The notes under the pieces are model-generated. The model was not told the origin of the DNA, did not search any database, and saw only the letters and a program-made list of their open reading frames with translations. Made by a program: the position numbers and the translations under genes. Shown here piece after piece: positions 27,301 to 42,300 of a DNA stretch of 64,000 nt. How positions within the stretch are numbered: position 1 is the first letter of the stretch; each line of letters opens with the position of its first letter. Source of the stretch: Perna viridis (taxonomy: Eukaryota); contig CM074522.1 of assembly GCA_037379345.1 (NCBI GenBank), positions 868,001 to 932,000 of the forward strand, written 5' to 3'.

Positions 27301-30300
27301 ATTGTTGGTGGCCTCTAAAGGGAGATAATCCTTCTTAAGAGTTTAACATTTAATCCATTTTATTATCTGTTCGTCTTCAAAATCTATTGGCTCCTTGGGA
27401 AATCTATCCACTCCTCTGGGTAATCTATCCACTCCTGTGGGAAATCTTTCTACTCCTCCTTGAAATCTATTCACTCCTTTGGGTAATCTATCCACTCTTC
27501 TGGGAAGTCTATCCTCTCCTCTGGGAAATCTATCCACTCTTCTGGTAAGACTCTCCATTCCTCTTGAAAAACTATTGGCTCCTTGGGAAGTATATCCACT
27601 CCTCGTGGAAATCATTCCACTTCTCTGGGTGATCTGTCCAATTCTCTGGGTAATCTATCCACTCCTCTTGGTAATCTATCCACTCCTCATGTAAATCTAT
27701 CTACTCCTCTTTGAAGTCTATCCACTCCTCTGGCAAATCTATCCACTTCTCTGGGTAATCTATCCACTCCTCTGGGAAATTATCCACTTCTCTGGGTAAG
27801 CTATCCATTCCTCTTGAAAGTCTATCCATTCCTCTTGAAAATATTTTGGCTCCTTGGGAATTCTATCTACTCCTCTTGAAAATCTATCCACTTCTTTGGG
27901 TAATCTATCCATTCCTCTTGGAAGTCTATCTGTTCGTCTTGAAAATTTATTGGCTCCTTGGGAAGTCTATCCACTCATCTGGGTAATCTATCCACTTCTC
28001 TGGGTAATCTATCTACTCCACTGGGAAGTCTACCCATTCCTCGTGAAAATATGTTTGCTCCTTTTGAAGTCTATCCCCTCGTCTGGGTAATCTATCCACT
28101 CCTCTGGGAAATTATCCACTTCTCTGGGTAAGCTATCCATTCCTCTTGAAAGTCTATCCATTCCTCTTGAAAATGTTTTGGCTCCTTGGGAATTCTATCT
28201 ACTCCTCTTGGAAATCTATCCACTTCTCTGGGTAATCTATCCGCTCCTCTTGGAAGTCTATCCGTTCGTCTTGAAAATCTATTGGCTCCTTGGGAAGTCT
28301 ATCCACTCATCTGGGTAATCTATCCATGCCTCTGGGAAGTCTACCCATTCCTCCTGAAAATGTATCGGCTTCTTTGGAAAGTCTGTCCAGTCCTTTGGGA
28401 AATCTATCTACCTCTGGGAAATCTATCCAGTCCTCTGGGAAGTCTATTTGCTCCTCATTAAAATTAATCATCTCCTTTGGGAAGTCTATCCACTCCTGGG
28501 AAATCTATCCATTCCTCTGGATAATGTATCCACTCCTCTTGGAAGTCTATTCACCCACTCCTATGGGAAGTCTATCCAGTGGTTGGGAAATCTATCTGCT
28601 CCTTTTGAAAATTTATCGTCTCCTTTGGGCAGTCTATCCACTCTTTTGGGAAATTTGCAGAAGCAGATTGAAAACTTAAATTCAAATGTTCATTACTTGT
28701 AAATGAAAGTGATATGAAGTAGATATATTTTTGTGTGGCTATATTAAAGTATCTATGTCTCCTTTGTATATGAATGTTCCTAGAAAAGAAGAGAATGCTT
28801 ACTCTACCAGTACATATAGTCTTAACTCTTTAGTTTTTGGTGGAGTCCAGGTTGCTCTTTTACTTTTGTTTCTATAAGTGTGTTATTTAGTTACTTTATA
28901 TTCTGTACATTCTATTATCTAGGTAAAGTCGCTGTCCTTGGATTATGGGTTTGTTCTTTTTTGATAACCATTTGAATCCTGGTTCTGTTGGGTTTCCCTA
29001 AACTGTTTTTATTACTCACTGTGCTCTTTGAGGTTGTTACAACAAATAATTACTAATGTGTGATTGTTTTTTTTAGATCCTTGTGCGGACTACATCTGTC
29101 CATACCCACAAACTTGTATGGTGACGCCCACAGCGAGAGAGCCTTCTTGTCAGTGTCATACACGATGCCCTGACCATCTAAACTTAGTCTGTGGAACTAA
29201 TGGCCATACATACAGTAACAAGTGCAAGTTGGAGCAGGAAGCATGCTTGAAACATACGGACATTAAAGTTTTCCATGCTGGACGCTGTAAAGGTATTTAT
29301 AGAACTGACATCGACCCCTTTATTGTCCTTTTACTGGTTATATGTTGGACTAGAGTTGGCTGATTAAGATATTGCAATGGCTTATTTAAGTCTATTTTTA
29401 TCGTGTTTCATGGCGCTAGGGATTGCTTGTCATGTGAATGGGTGTTTTTTTTAAATGTTAGTAAATTTTTGAAATCTGTTGTATGTTCTTGTAGATTTCA
29501 GCCGTTGAAAAAAAAAGACATATTTTTAAGCCTGAGCTTACTTGCCAGTTGTCACCACTCTGTCTCTGAGAGCTTTCTGCCAGCTAAAACTTTGCCAGAT
29601 TTTTTTAAACCATTGATATTATCTCTTATGATGATTGCCAACCATTTTCTGATTAAAATGATAAACAACTCAAGAAATTTATATTGCTCTGAAATACTGT
29701 TTACAAAACTGAAACTATCTATATACTCATGTACTCTTTTGGATCATTTGAATGACATTACCTATCTATTATTTTCCAGATCTTTCAAGTAATCATTAGG
29801 AGTATTAGCTTCTCTAAAATTTGCACACACCATACTGCTTATGTAAATGTCACAATACAAGCAGAGTTATACCCCTTTTTAAAGTGGAGGTCATGAAATG
29901 GTTGGCATTAACTTTTGCTTATAAGGATCTATTCTTTACTGTAACCTTAAATTTCCAGATCACTTTACCAAATCATTTCTTGATGGTAAGGCTACTTCTT
30001 AACTTTGCTTGCAACCTGGAAGATCTTAAGGCCAAGTTAATAACTAATTTGTTTTGACATTAGAATGACCTTTTGCTATCGTGTTTTTTTGATATTTTTC
30101 TTAATTGAGTAAACTAAATTATTTACTTGAACACATGATTTTAAAAAGGAAAATAATAAATTCACAAAATCTTATTTTTCAATTACAAGATCAGGAAAAA
30201 AATTAGTATTGCTTGGCCTTAACATGGCTTACCGCCACCCTTCTTTGCAATTTATATTGGTTCTTTCCTTGTGCAAGAGTTATTTCCCTTTGCAATAGCT

Positions 30301-33300
30301 AATTTATGTAGTCAGTGAACCCATTCCTTCCTCATCTGTAAAATAGATTATCTTATGAGGGAATAGTGCAAAAAAAGATTTTTTATACTTGCCCAACTAG
30401 AAAAGGGAGTTAACTAGTACAGTAATAAGAAAAGGGAGATAATCAATATAAATTGCATTGAGTAAAGATGCAAAACCATAGAATGAAATAGGTAACTGAG
30501 TAACTACACAATGCATCATGCATACAGACGCTCCACTGTTAGGGCATGACTGATTGTTTGTAGGATTGTTATGAAATTTTGCAGGTGGATGTTAGATTTT
30601 TAAATTTACTGCATTGCATGTACTGAATTTAACCTGAATGAATGACTGATAATTGTTGTTGAAGAAAGATTGTGTTAATTTATACAGGAGATGGACCCAC
30701 CAAAGATAATTTCTATGGTAACAAGCTTTTGTTGTATATGTTAATTGTCACCCAATATGTAAGTTGTCTCCCTTATATAACCTCTTTTATGTGAAGGTAG
30801 TATTTAACCCAAATGATGTTAGATTGAGATTTATTTTTGGTTTAAAACACCTTGCATTGTTAGTTTTATATAAATATTAAGTGTATTTTATTGTCACACT
30901 ATATTAATATAGGTATAAAATAATTACACATTCATTACACAAAGTGTGGGTGTCTGTAAACTGTATGTATGTGCATGATCACAAATGATTTTGATTATAT
31001 CAAGTACTTGTGCGTCTGCATTTATCATGTTTATATATTTATCTTTAAATGTAGTTGATTTAATATACAGTGAAACCTACCTAATCTGTCCGACAGCTCC
31101 TTTAGGGCGGATGATTTGTCTAGTTAAAACCTACCTTAACTGTCCGACAACTCCTTTAGGACGGATGATTTGTCTGGTTAAAACCTACCTTAACTGTTCG
31201 ACAACTCCTTTAGGACGGATGATTTGTCTGGTTAAAACCTACCTTAACTGTCTGACAACTCCAACGGATGATTTGTCTGGTTAAAACCTACATAAACTGT
31301 ATTACAACTCCTTTAGAATGATTTGTATGGTTTGAACCTACCTAATCTGTCCGACAACTCCTTTAGGGCGGATGATTTGTCTGGTTAAAACCTACCTTAA
31401 CTGTCCGACAACTCCTTTAGGACGGATGATTTGTCTGGTTAAAACCTACCTTAACTGTTCGACAACTCCTTTAGGACGGATGATTTGTCTGGTTAAAACC
31501 TACCTTAACTGTCTGACAACTCCAACGGATGATTTGTCTGGTTAAAACCTACATAAACTGTATTACAACTCCTTTAGAATGATTTGTATGGTTTGAACCT
31601 ACTTTAACTGTCCCACAACTCCTGTAGGATGATTTTTCTGGTTAAAACCTACCTAAACTGTCTTACAACTCCTTTAGGATGATTTGTATGGTTTGAACCT
31701 ACCTTAACTGTCTGACAACTCCTTTAGATGATTTATCTGGTTAAAAGTGTTTGGATTATACAGGTTCAAAATGTATTAAAACTGTATTGAAGAAACTACA
31801 AAATTTGTCTGGTCTAAACATGTATCTGTTTTATTCAGGATCCAGTTAAGAAAGGTTCCCAGTTTATTCAGGGTTTAGTTTAGACAGGTTTCCAGTGTAT
31901 TCAGGCTTCACAATATTCTCCCCTAGAAATCTCTGGATAATTCTTTAGTCTCAGGTATTAATGATCATACCTCACTTACCACAAATGAAGGATGTAATAT
32001 AACATATAATGAAATCCCTACTCAATAAGTTGATGGCATGTTGGAATCTCTATATCTGCCTGTCTATCTGTCCATTCAAATTTCATCACAGCAATTTTTA
32101 CTAATTATGGATGGATTGAAGTTGGAAGGGCTTTAAGCTATCAGTATTGCCCAAAAATATCAACCGTGTTGTAATAACATCAGAATTGTTCACAACATAC
32201 TAACATATATGAATATTAAGAAAAAGAATGATGGTTGCATAAGCTATGGTAATGACATCATATTGCATGGTGCCACAATTATATCGTAATGATGCCATAT
32301 TGCATGGGGCCACAAGTATATTGTAATACGCCATATTGCATGGTGCCACAACTATATTGTAATGACGCAATATTGCATGGTGCCACAACTATGTTGTAAT
32401 GATGCCATATTGCATGGTGCCACAGTTATATTGTAATGATGCCATATTGCATGGTGCCACAGTTATATCATAATTATGCCATATCACATGGTGCCACAGT
32501 TATATCGTAATGACATCATATTTCATAGTGCCACAAGTATATGGTAATGATGCCATATTGCATGGTGCCACAGTTATATCTTAATGACATCACATTGCAT
32601 GGTGCCAGTTATATCGTAATAGTGCATAATAAGTATATTATGATACACCACATTGCATGGTGCCATTAGTATGTTGTAATGACACCATATTACATGGTGC
32701 CAAAATTATAATTAAAAAACTATAAAATTATAAAACTAATGACATCATATTGCACAGTGCCACAATTATATTGTAATGACATCATATTGCATGGTGCCAC
32801 AAGTATATGGTAATGATGCCATATTGCATGGTGCCACAATTATATTGTAATGACACCATATTGTGTAGTGCCACAGTTATATCGTAATGACATCATATTG
32901 CATGGTGCCACTAGTATATTGTTTTGACACCGTATTACATGGTGCCACAATTATATCCTCATGACTTCATATTGCATGGTGCCATAATTATATCATAATG
33001 ATGTTATATTGCATGGTGCCACAATTATATCGTAAAGACTTTATATTGCATGGTGCCACAGTTATATTGTACTGACATCATATTGCATGGTGCCACAAGT
33101 ATATTATAATACGCCATATTGCATGGTACCACTAGTATGTTGTAATGACACCGTATTACATGGTGCTATAATTATATCCTAATGACATCATATTGCATGG
33201 TGCCACAATTATATTTCATTTAACAAAAACTGTTGTGTTGTTCTTCTTTTAACATATTTACATCCAGAAAATTATTACCACACCCAAGAAACAACTTTGT

Positions 33301-36300
33301 ATTTTCACATATAATACACTATGTGACAATGACTTTCATATTCATTAAATATGCAGTTGTTTCTCGAGTGTAGACACCATTTCCCTGTCAAAAATGTGAC
33401 TGGAAGTGACCAAATAGTACAAAATTGACAGAATACCTTAATTTTAGTCTGTTTGAAGCAATTTTTAATACAAGAATCATCGGAAGTCTTTATGTTTTCT
33501 CATTTTTAGCTCAATTTTCAGGTGAGCGATTCAGGCTTCTGGGAGCCTCTTGTTTATGGATTAAGGTCTCCAAATTCACAATTAAATCTTTCAACACTTA
33601 ATGATTAATTTTCAGTTGCATTTTAGACTAATGGGAGCCTGTTTTATTGCCCTTTATCCTTTGGTACTGTATACACATTCATATAGATAAGGCTTCGTTG
33701 GAAGCAATTTTGGTTGATGTTCAGTATCAACTCTCTGTTTTGTGGGACTTACCATTTTTCACTGAATGCATTGATAGATTCAAATTTTGAACCTTTTTTG
33801 TTATTAACTTTCTGTTCAAATGTTTTACACCTAGCAAGACATTGTGTGAAAATTCATATTCCTGTTGTCCTTAGTGCCAACGATAATATCATGATCATTT
33901 ATACAGCTGCACAATTATTAAGTTATCTGCATTGTTTTTATCTGCAGCATTGTTGACTCTTTTTTTCTCATAGCAATCTGAAAGGCACTGGAAGAACGTT
34001 GAATGGATTAAATTCAGTTGTGGTCCAAAAAGTAGGCACTCCTAAAGGTTCCAACTTCAAGATTTGTATTCAAATCCAGTTTACAATGTCAATTTTTAAC
34101 AATTATCATGTAACAAATGATTGACAAATACTCCAATATAACAAATCTAAATATTTGTAGGCTTAATGTTTTCAGAAATGATGTATGAAATTACTTTCCA
34201 TATCTTGTTTAAAAGTGTAATTGATATTTTAATTTGTAATTTATATATATTTTTTTCCATATTCAAAAACTTAATTAGAACTTTTCTTCCCATTTTTATA
34301 ATTATACCCATTTTGTTCTTTCAAATTGTATCAAGTATTTTTAAAATCACTATCAAAATGAAAGGCTTGCATGGTCAGGTGGCTAGTGTATAGTAACTAC
34401 TGTTGTATCAGGCTGTGTTCTGTAGAGCATCTTTTGATAATAATAGATATACATCTACATCAATATAATTTGATTAAAATACTAGAATATTTAACTCCAT
34501 GGCTGTATGATATCTCACTATATTGTACTAATATTTTAATTTACATCCAAAGAATTGCATTATATTTATAATTTACTATTTTTCACTTCAATGATGGAAA
34601 ATTTTGATTAAATGAAAATTAGTAATACATTTATTTTGGCAAATTTTGCTAACTTGAATTAGGCATACATGTGATATCAACACATCTTGGCATACATGTG
34701 GCATCAACACATTATCTTGGCATACATGTGGCATCAACACATTATCTTGGCATACATGTGGCATCAACACATTATCTTGGCATACATGTGATATCAGCAC
34801 ATTATCTTGGCATACATGTGGCATCAACACATTATCTTGGCATACATGTGGCATCAACACATTATCTTGCTATATTTATATCACTGTCACCTCCTTTATA
34901 TTGTTGTTGTTCTTAGTTATAATTGTTGTTACACTAACTTTAGCAGAAATGATTGGAAACCTTTCATCTTGTAGGTAACATATGAAACTACATCCTCAAT
35001 ATCTTGGGTAAATTCAAGTGGTGGATCCATTTATGAAATCAATTTAAAGTTATACTTTTGGTAAATACAAGGCATATTTTTTCACATTATTCTTGAGAAA
35101 TTTGGAAAGCCTGGTAGCCTCCACCCCCTTTTGAAAATCTCTGGATCTGCCACTACAATCTCTTAAGGTTTCATGGTCTTGTACTCTCACAAATGTTAGC
35201 TTATTGATTGTAATCTCTTTATGCTAGTAAGTTAAGCTCACTTTATCTTGGATACATGTAGGCAATAAAATGTTCATAAAAATATGCTGCTATTCAATTA
35301 TTAAGCCAGACTGTACTTGCTAGGAAATTGGGAATGACCTCAGAAGGCCCAACCACTCCCTGATTTACTACACATCTGTTTTTAGGCTATGCTATTGGAT
35401 GTGAAAAAAAATCAGAGTATCAGAGCACTACCTCATTACAAATCTATGATGCTCTTTACAGTTTACTTTACAATTTTGAAAAGTTTTAATTCTTTGTCTC
35501 AGGTTGAGGCACAAAAAAGCTTTGTAAATAGCCAATATACTCTCTGTTCTGGAGTTTTGGAAATTTATTAGCACTTAACTATATGGAAACATTTTATGCA
35601 TTTTTTTTAGTGAAATCAGTTATGTTAATGTTATTTTCCTATTTCTTGGTCTATATATGCCTTTTAGTTTAAATTAAATTTAAAAACTGGAGTTATATTT
35701 AAGAGTAATATTGGTTTATAACTAAAAACATTGTTCATATTAAGCAGAGTGAAGCATGTAAAGGAAAACTCTAGTTTTGAATAGCAGGCATTCTGTTATG
35801 GAATAATTTCCATGTAAATATCATTACAATCCATTACTGATTATTGATCAGTCAAATACATATAAAAAAAAATGGTGACTGCTTTCTTTTTACATTATGG
35901 CAGCCTGAATCACATGTTTTACAAAATGATTTTATTTTAATATAAATAAATCATTTTTATATTTGCTTTTGAAAATACATTTAGTCATCTCAGTCACCTG
36001 AACTGCTTTCAGGGGTCAGTCAGTAATCAGTCATCCTGGTCACCTGAGGATACTATCAGGGGTCAGTCAGTAATCAGTCATCTCAGTCACCAGACTGCTG
36101 TCAGTAATCTGTCATCTCAGTCACCAGACTGCTGTCGGTGGTCAGTCAGGTGTTGGTCATTAAACAGTCATTGAGTCTCCTGTCAGGGGTCATTCAGTAA
36201 TCGGTCATCTCAGTCACCAGTCTTCTGTCAGTGGTCAGTCAATAAACAGTCATTGAGTCTCCTGTCAGGAGTTGGTCAGTAATCAGTCATGTCAGTCACT

Positions 36301-39300
36301 GGACTGCTGTCAGGTGTCAGTCAGTATTCAGTGATTTCAGTCATCAGTCTGCTGTCAAGGGTCAGTCAGTAATTAGTCACCTTAAGCACCAGCCTTTTGT
36401 CAGCTGTCAATCAGGGGTCAGTCAGTCATTAAGCTATCATCAATCAGACAAATATTCTGGGACTAAAGGTGACAAAAAACATTCATGTACCCATGTACAA
36501 TAAATTCAACATTTTTTCTTTGAATTGATATTATCATGAATTACATATATTATGGGACAATTTTTTGTAATTTTTAATCGACAACATGTTTGTAGAGTGT
36601 GGTGGACGCGTTTTTCAACAAACGCTTGCCATTCCAATGGGAACAAATTGTGCTCCTCTATTTTCTGACATTTCTTTACTCTTATGAGGCTGACTTTATA
36701 GCTGATCTGATCCGAAAGAAAGAATATTGTTTAGCTAGATCCTTTTGATCTCAGTTTCCACTATATAGATGATGTACTATCTTTAAACAATCCTAATTTT
36801 GTGGATTTGAACTTGATTAGAACTTGAGATAAAGGATACTACAGACACTGTGAGGTCAGCCTCATATCTTGACCTATATTTAGAAATCCATGGTAAAGGA
36901 AAACTGTTGACCAAACTTAACAACAAATGTGATGACTTTTCATTGAGAATTGTCCACACCTTTCATCTGTGCCAACATCCCTTCAGCACGTGATTGTAGA
37001 GTGTTCATATCACAACTCATGCATTATGCCAGAGCTTGCCAAAACTACATTGACTTTTTGTATCGCGCTAGACTTCTAACAAATAGGCTTCTGGAACAGG
37101 GTTCCATTCCTCTTTTGTCTACCCTGGACATGACTTTTTATGAACAACTCAGCGTGTGTTTCTAGAAAAGCAGAGGATGCTTACCCTACCGGTTCACCTG
37201 GTCCATGCTCCCAGTTTTGGGTAGAGTCCGAGTTGCTCATTTGCTTTTGTTGCTTTGTATGTATGATTTTAGTTACTTTATGTTCTTTGTTGTGTATGTC
37301 TGTTTTCCATGTCTGGTCTTCGTCCCTGGATTACATTCTTTTGATTGCTACTATAAACTTGGTTCCCTTGATTACTCTTGCAATAAAGTGCAAGCTGCAT
37401 TTCCTGCATAGTCAAAAGTGGCATATATGATTATCATATATTGCTCAATCATTTGATATTCATATGATTATAATGATTATCATGATTATGATTTTGTTAT
37501 GTACATATTGGCTTGCTAACATGTGATAATTAGGAAATAGATCACAGAAAGTCCATATTATCATTGTTTTACCTTGGGCTGACCATTTATGTTGCATTTT
37601 TCCCCCGGAGTGATAGCAAGTGGTTAAATATAGACATAAATGGCCAGTACATGGTATAAGAATAAGTAAATGGATTTTCTGTTATTTATTTCAGTTCTAA
37701 TAGTACTAGTTTATTCCTATTGTTTAAAGATGCAGCCTATGTGTTGCATGATAGTTTTGGAGCAAAATGATGTTAAGTTGGTAAAACTCAACTACAATAT
37801 GTCAGAAAAGTCATACATCTATGACATAAGTCAAATGTTTGTCAGTAATTTCCTACAGCTATGGTCTTTAAACCTTTGTAGTATGTCATATTAGAACCAT
37901 ACTGTAAACAGATGTGAATTGAAACATTACATTATCATATGTCAAGCTCTTATGTTTCCCATGAGTGTCACTTTTGGCTGTGTGTGACCTGCAGTCATTA
38001 TCCTAACAATTGTAAATCAGCATAGTCTGTGCTGGTTCATAGAAAATCATAAATAATGACTGAATCCTCAATAATGCATTGCTGATGCACTGCTTAATTG
38101 CAGCATATAGAAATAATGATTTGTCTGCATGCAACATTAGGAATGATGATTCAACACAAATTATCTTATTGAGTCAATAATGTAGATTTTACTTTTAGAC
38201 TCACTATTACAACCTTAATGATTTGGGGATCATTCATGTTATAAATCGCTTTATTTTCAATGTCAATTTTGTGCTTCAAATACAGACATACTAGATTGTA
38301 TGACTAAAGGTACATCACAGAGTGAGTTTGCCAATTACAAATGAAGTTACAATTTTTTTAGGCATTTTGACAATTCTCAATCATACCACACTACCATTTT
38401 GATTCAATAAATTTACTCTGAGAGTTTAGACTTTGATATTTTTTAGTAGAACATTAAATTAAGGGTGTTGTATCTATATATGGCAAGCTTGAATTGTATT
38501 GTATATTACAGTGTAATGCACTGGAATAACTTACTTTAATTGCTTCAGTTTTATTTTCTATATTGATTGTAATACTGTACACTTATAAAATACATTTGAA
38601 TCAGCTACAAATATTTGAATAGAATTTCAAATTATTGATCTCTACATTTTCTGCCAAAAGACTATAAAATCTATGAAAAATTGCATGGATGAAGATCTGA
38701 CATTTATTAACTGTTGTACTTTTGAATACATAGAAGCAGATTGATCAGAGGAATGCTATCCTTCTTGGTTCCCTTCTTCAGTAATACTTTGGTACAAATT
38801 ACTACCTAATTAACATAATTTTGATTAGAATATTCTTTAACCAATCTCAGTTAAGAAAGATGACTATAAACACAAATTTTGTGCACATGAATTTTCATTC
38901 CAAGAATTTTAGCTTTTAAAGTACATTTGTGTAAACTTACTAAATTATTGAATAATTTCAGATACAAACCCATGTAAAATTATGAAATGTGGATATGGAG
39001 AGGAATGTCGGATTGACCATGAGGGCAAAGGTCATTGCCAATGTCCATCATGTCAACGAGGTGGAAAAGAAGTTTGTGGAACAGACGACAGGACATATGA
39101 GAATGAATGTGAGCTGAGACGACAGGCTTGTCTGAACAAGACTGAGGTTGATGTTAAACATCGAGGAGCTTGTGGTAAGAATATATTGCATTGTTTTTCA
39201 AATGTATATTTGCTTAGGATTAGAAGGAGAATGAATATTAAATGTGTATACTTTGTGTGAAATCTTGATTTAACATTTTGCAGATAGCATATCAGACTAG

Positions 39301-42300
39301 ACATCCTTTAAAAATATTATTGTTAATGAGCCATTTTCTGAGATGAAAGTCTCAATCTTAATATAAGATATAGCAGGACTCAAGTAATCTACTGAATATT
39401 AAATTCACGGATGTATCTTTGCAGGTGGTGACCATTGTAAGAGACGTTGTACACATGGTCGGAGATGTGTAATTAACCGTAACGGCCAAGAAGAATGTGT
39501 TTGTCCTCATCAGTGTCAGGAACAGTACTTTGAACCAGTAAGTCTTTGTGCCTTCTCCCCCAAAACAAACAAAAAAATGCTGCGCTTATAATTTATAAGT
39601 TTGTATATCTGTCCTTTTTTAACTGTGTCTGTAGACAATATGTCTTATCTGTTATAACGTTAAAGCTTTTTTTTGTCCCCACCACTACATGGAAGGGAAC
39701 AGAAGTAAAGAATTACTGGTGTCCATGTGTCTGTCTGTCACACTTGTGGACAAATCCTCACTCCTAAATAGATTTTGAACAAATTTTGAAGGATTGTTAG
39801 TCACCAAATTATACAATATTATGATTGGACAAATTTTACTGGAGTTAAGAGCCCGTGTTTTTGGGCAGTGGGGGATATAACGCTACCTGTAGCAATCTTG
39901 TTTAAGATGATTGGTTCATTTATAATCATGAAACATCTGTTTATTTATGTTCACTACGAGTTAAAGTTAAAAAATACTCACAATAGGTAGTTATACAAAT
40001 CTTATAAAAAGACTTGAGAAGAATAGCATTATATTGCTTTGACATATACCAGTATTATATCATTCTTATAGAAGTTTCAAATGAGGATATATCCATCGAC
40101 AAAGCATAGCCAATAACACCACTAAAACAGATCATGTACAGTACCTGAATGAATCTGTGCAACTATAACCATGATCATTTCATCAATCACAGATCATTTT
40201 CAGATCAGTTTCAGATCAGTCATTGGTCCTTCAAACCATTCTGTTAAAGCAGTGATCACATCCATTTTATATCCTGTGACCAATGATTACTTTATATATT
40301 TTAGGTATTTGTTTAACACAAATTTACTTAATGATATAAGCTGAGACATTAATTCATTTTATTTTTATTTTAAAAATTGTCTTTTTTAATGAAGTATGCA
40401 ATGTTGATTGTTTCAATTTCAAATTAATTTAATATGGAATTTTATTAGATTTGTACCATTCAAAATTCATGATCAGATCATTCGTCATTTTTACATAACA
40501 CATTTGGTCATATTGGTCACTGGCCATTTGTTGTTGATACATTGGTAATCATTCATTCATTGGTCATCGATCTGTCAGGAATCATTCAATCATTGGTTAT
40601 TGATCTATCAGTAATCATTCAATCATTAACCATTGATCTGTCAGTAAGTCAGTAACCATTCAATCATTTGCCATTGATCTGTCAGTTATCATTCAATCAT
40701 TGGCCATTGATCTGTCAGTAATCATTGGTCATTGATCAGCCAGTAATCATTCAATCATTGGTCATTGATCCATTATTAGTAATCACTCAACCATTGGCCA
40801 TTGATCTGTCAGTTATCATTCAATCATTGGTCATTGATCCATTAGTAATCACTCAACCATTGGCCATTGATCTGTCAGTTATCATTCAATCATTGGTCAT
40901 TGATCCACTAGTAATCACTCAACCATTGGCCATTGATCTGTCAGTTATCATTCAATCATTGGTCATTGATCCACTAGTAATCACTCAACCATTGGCCATT
41001 GATCTGTCAGTTATCATTCAATCATTGGTCATTGATCTGTCAAATAGTTGCATATATCAGTTAAGGGACTGTAATGCATAACACAAAGGAAGAAAGTATT
41101 GTGAACTAAATATCTATGCCACTAATACTGTAAAGATAATTTGTATTTCAGGTTTGTGGCAGCGATGGAAGGTCTTATAGAAATTTATGTAAACTGAAGG
41201 AACATATCTGTCAAGAGATGGCTGATATTGTAAAGGAACATGATGGACTCTGTAGTATGTATTCCAGACAAACAAGACTGCTATAGATAACTCCCAGAGG
41301 GATGTATCTATAATAAGGACCTATGTAGGGATGGTTTTGGGTAGGATGAATCATGATGAAACGTAATTGTCCTTAAATGGCTCTTGTATGAAAGGTTTTA
41401 GTGCTGCAGTATAATATTTTTACAAATAACAGAAAAATTTGATTGATGCCCATAATAACACGTACTAATCAATCATTGAAGAAGATGGTTCTATTTCTGA
41501 AATGAAATGTTGTTGAACCATTAATTTTAGTGGCCATTTTAACTTTCAATGTCTGGTTTCCACTGAAAACTGAATTTATTTTTTTTCAGATGGTTGTGGT
41601 AAACAAGAGACCTGTGAACACTACTCTTTCTGTGACAGGACTGGTGATAGAGCTAAATGTATTTGTCCAACCTGTGACACTGTAAGTTTTGTCCTTTATG
41701 TGACATTGTTGATTATGTCATTACTATGACACTGTAATTGTTGTCTTTTATGTGACACTTTCAATTATGTCAATACTGTGACCCTGTAACCTTTCTTTGA
41801 CAGGTAACACTATGTCAATACTGTGACATATAATTTGTCTGTTTTGTGAGGGATTAAATTAACAGTATGTCAATCCTCAGACCTGTGACATTTAAGTTAT
41901 GTCTGTTTTGTGACAGGTTAAATTATGTCAATAATATGACAATGCAAGTTTTGGCAATTTATTTTTTTTCTCTTCTGTAACTCATGAGTTAGTCAAAAAC
42001 TATGAATTTCATGGCCTGTTTTTTTTTAATATAATGCAGTACATGAGTAGATACCCAACTTCTTTCAACCTCTGCAAAGATATCATTGATGATTAAACAT
42101 TCTTATTTCCTTCTCAAGTTTTTGATTCAAATAAGAATTAAATATAACATGAAAAATTGCAACATATGTTTTCATGTTTCAAAACGTATGGAAACACATG
42201 TTTAGGACAAATATAGAAATTTATGTTTTTGTGCGTATAAAATCACATGAAAACAAAATTTTTTTTTCTGAAACTAAACCTTTTTCATACATTAATTCCA

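Noticed and set aside
40725-41081. 118-aa repetitive hydrophobic ORF
   Set aside because: It is the translation of the 33/66-bp array inside a MITE.
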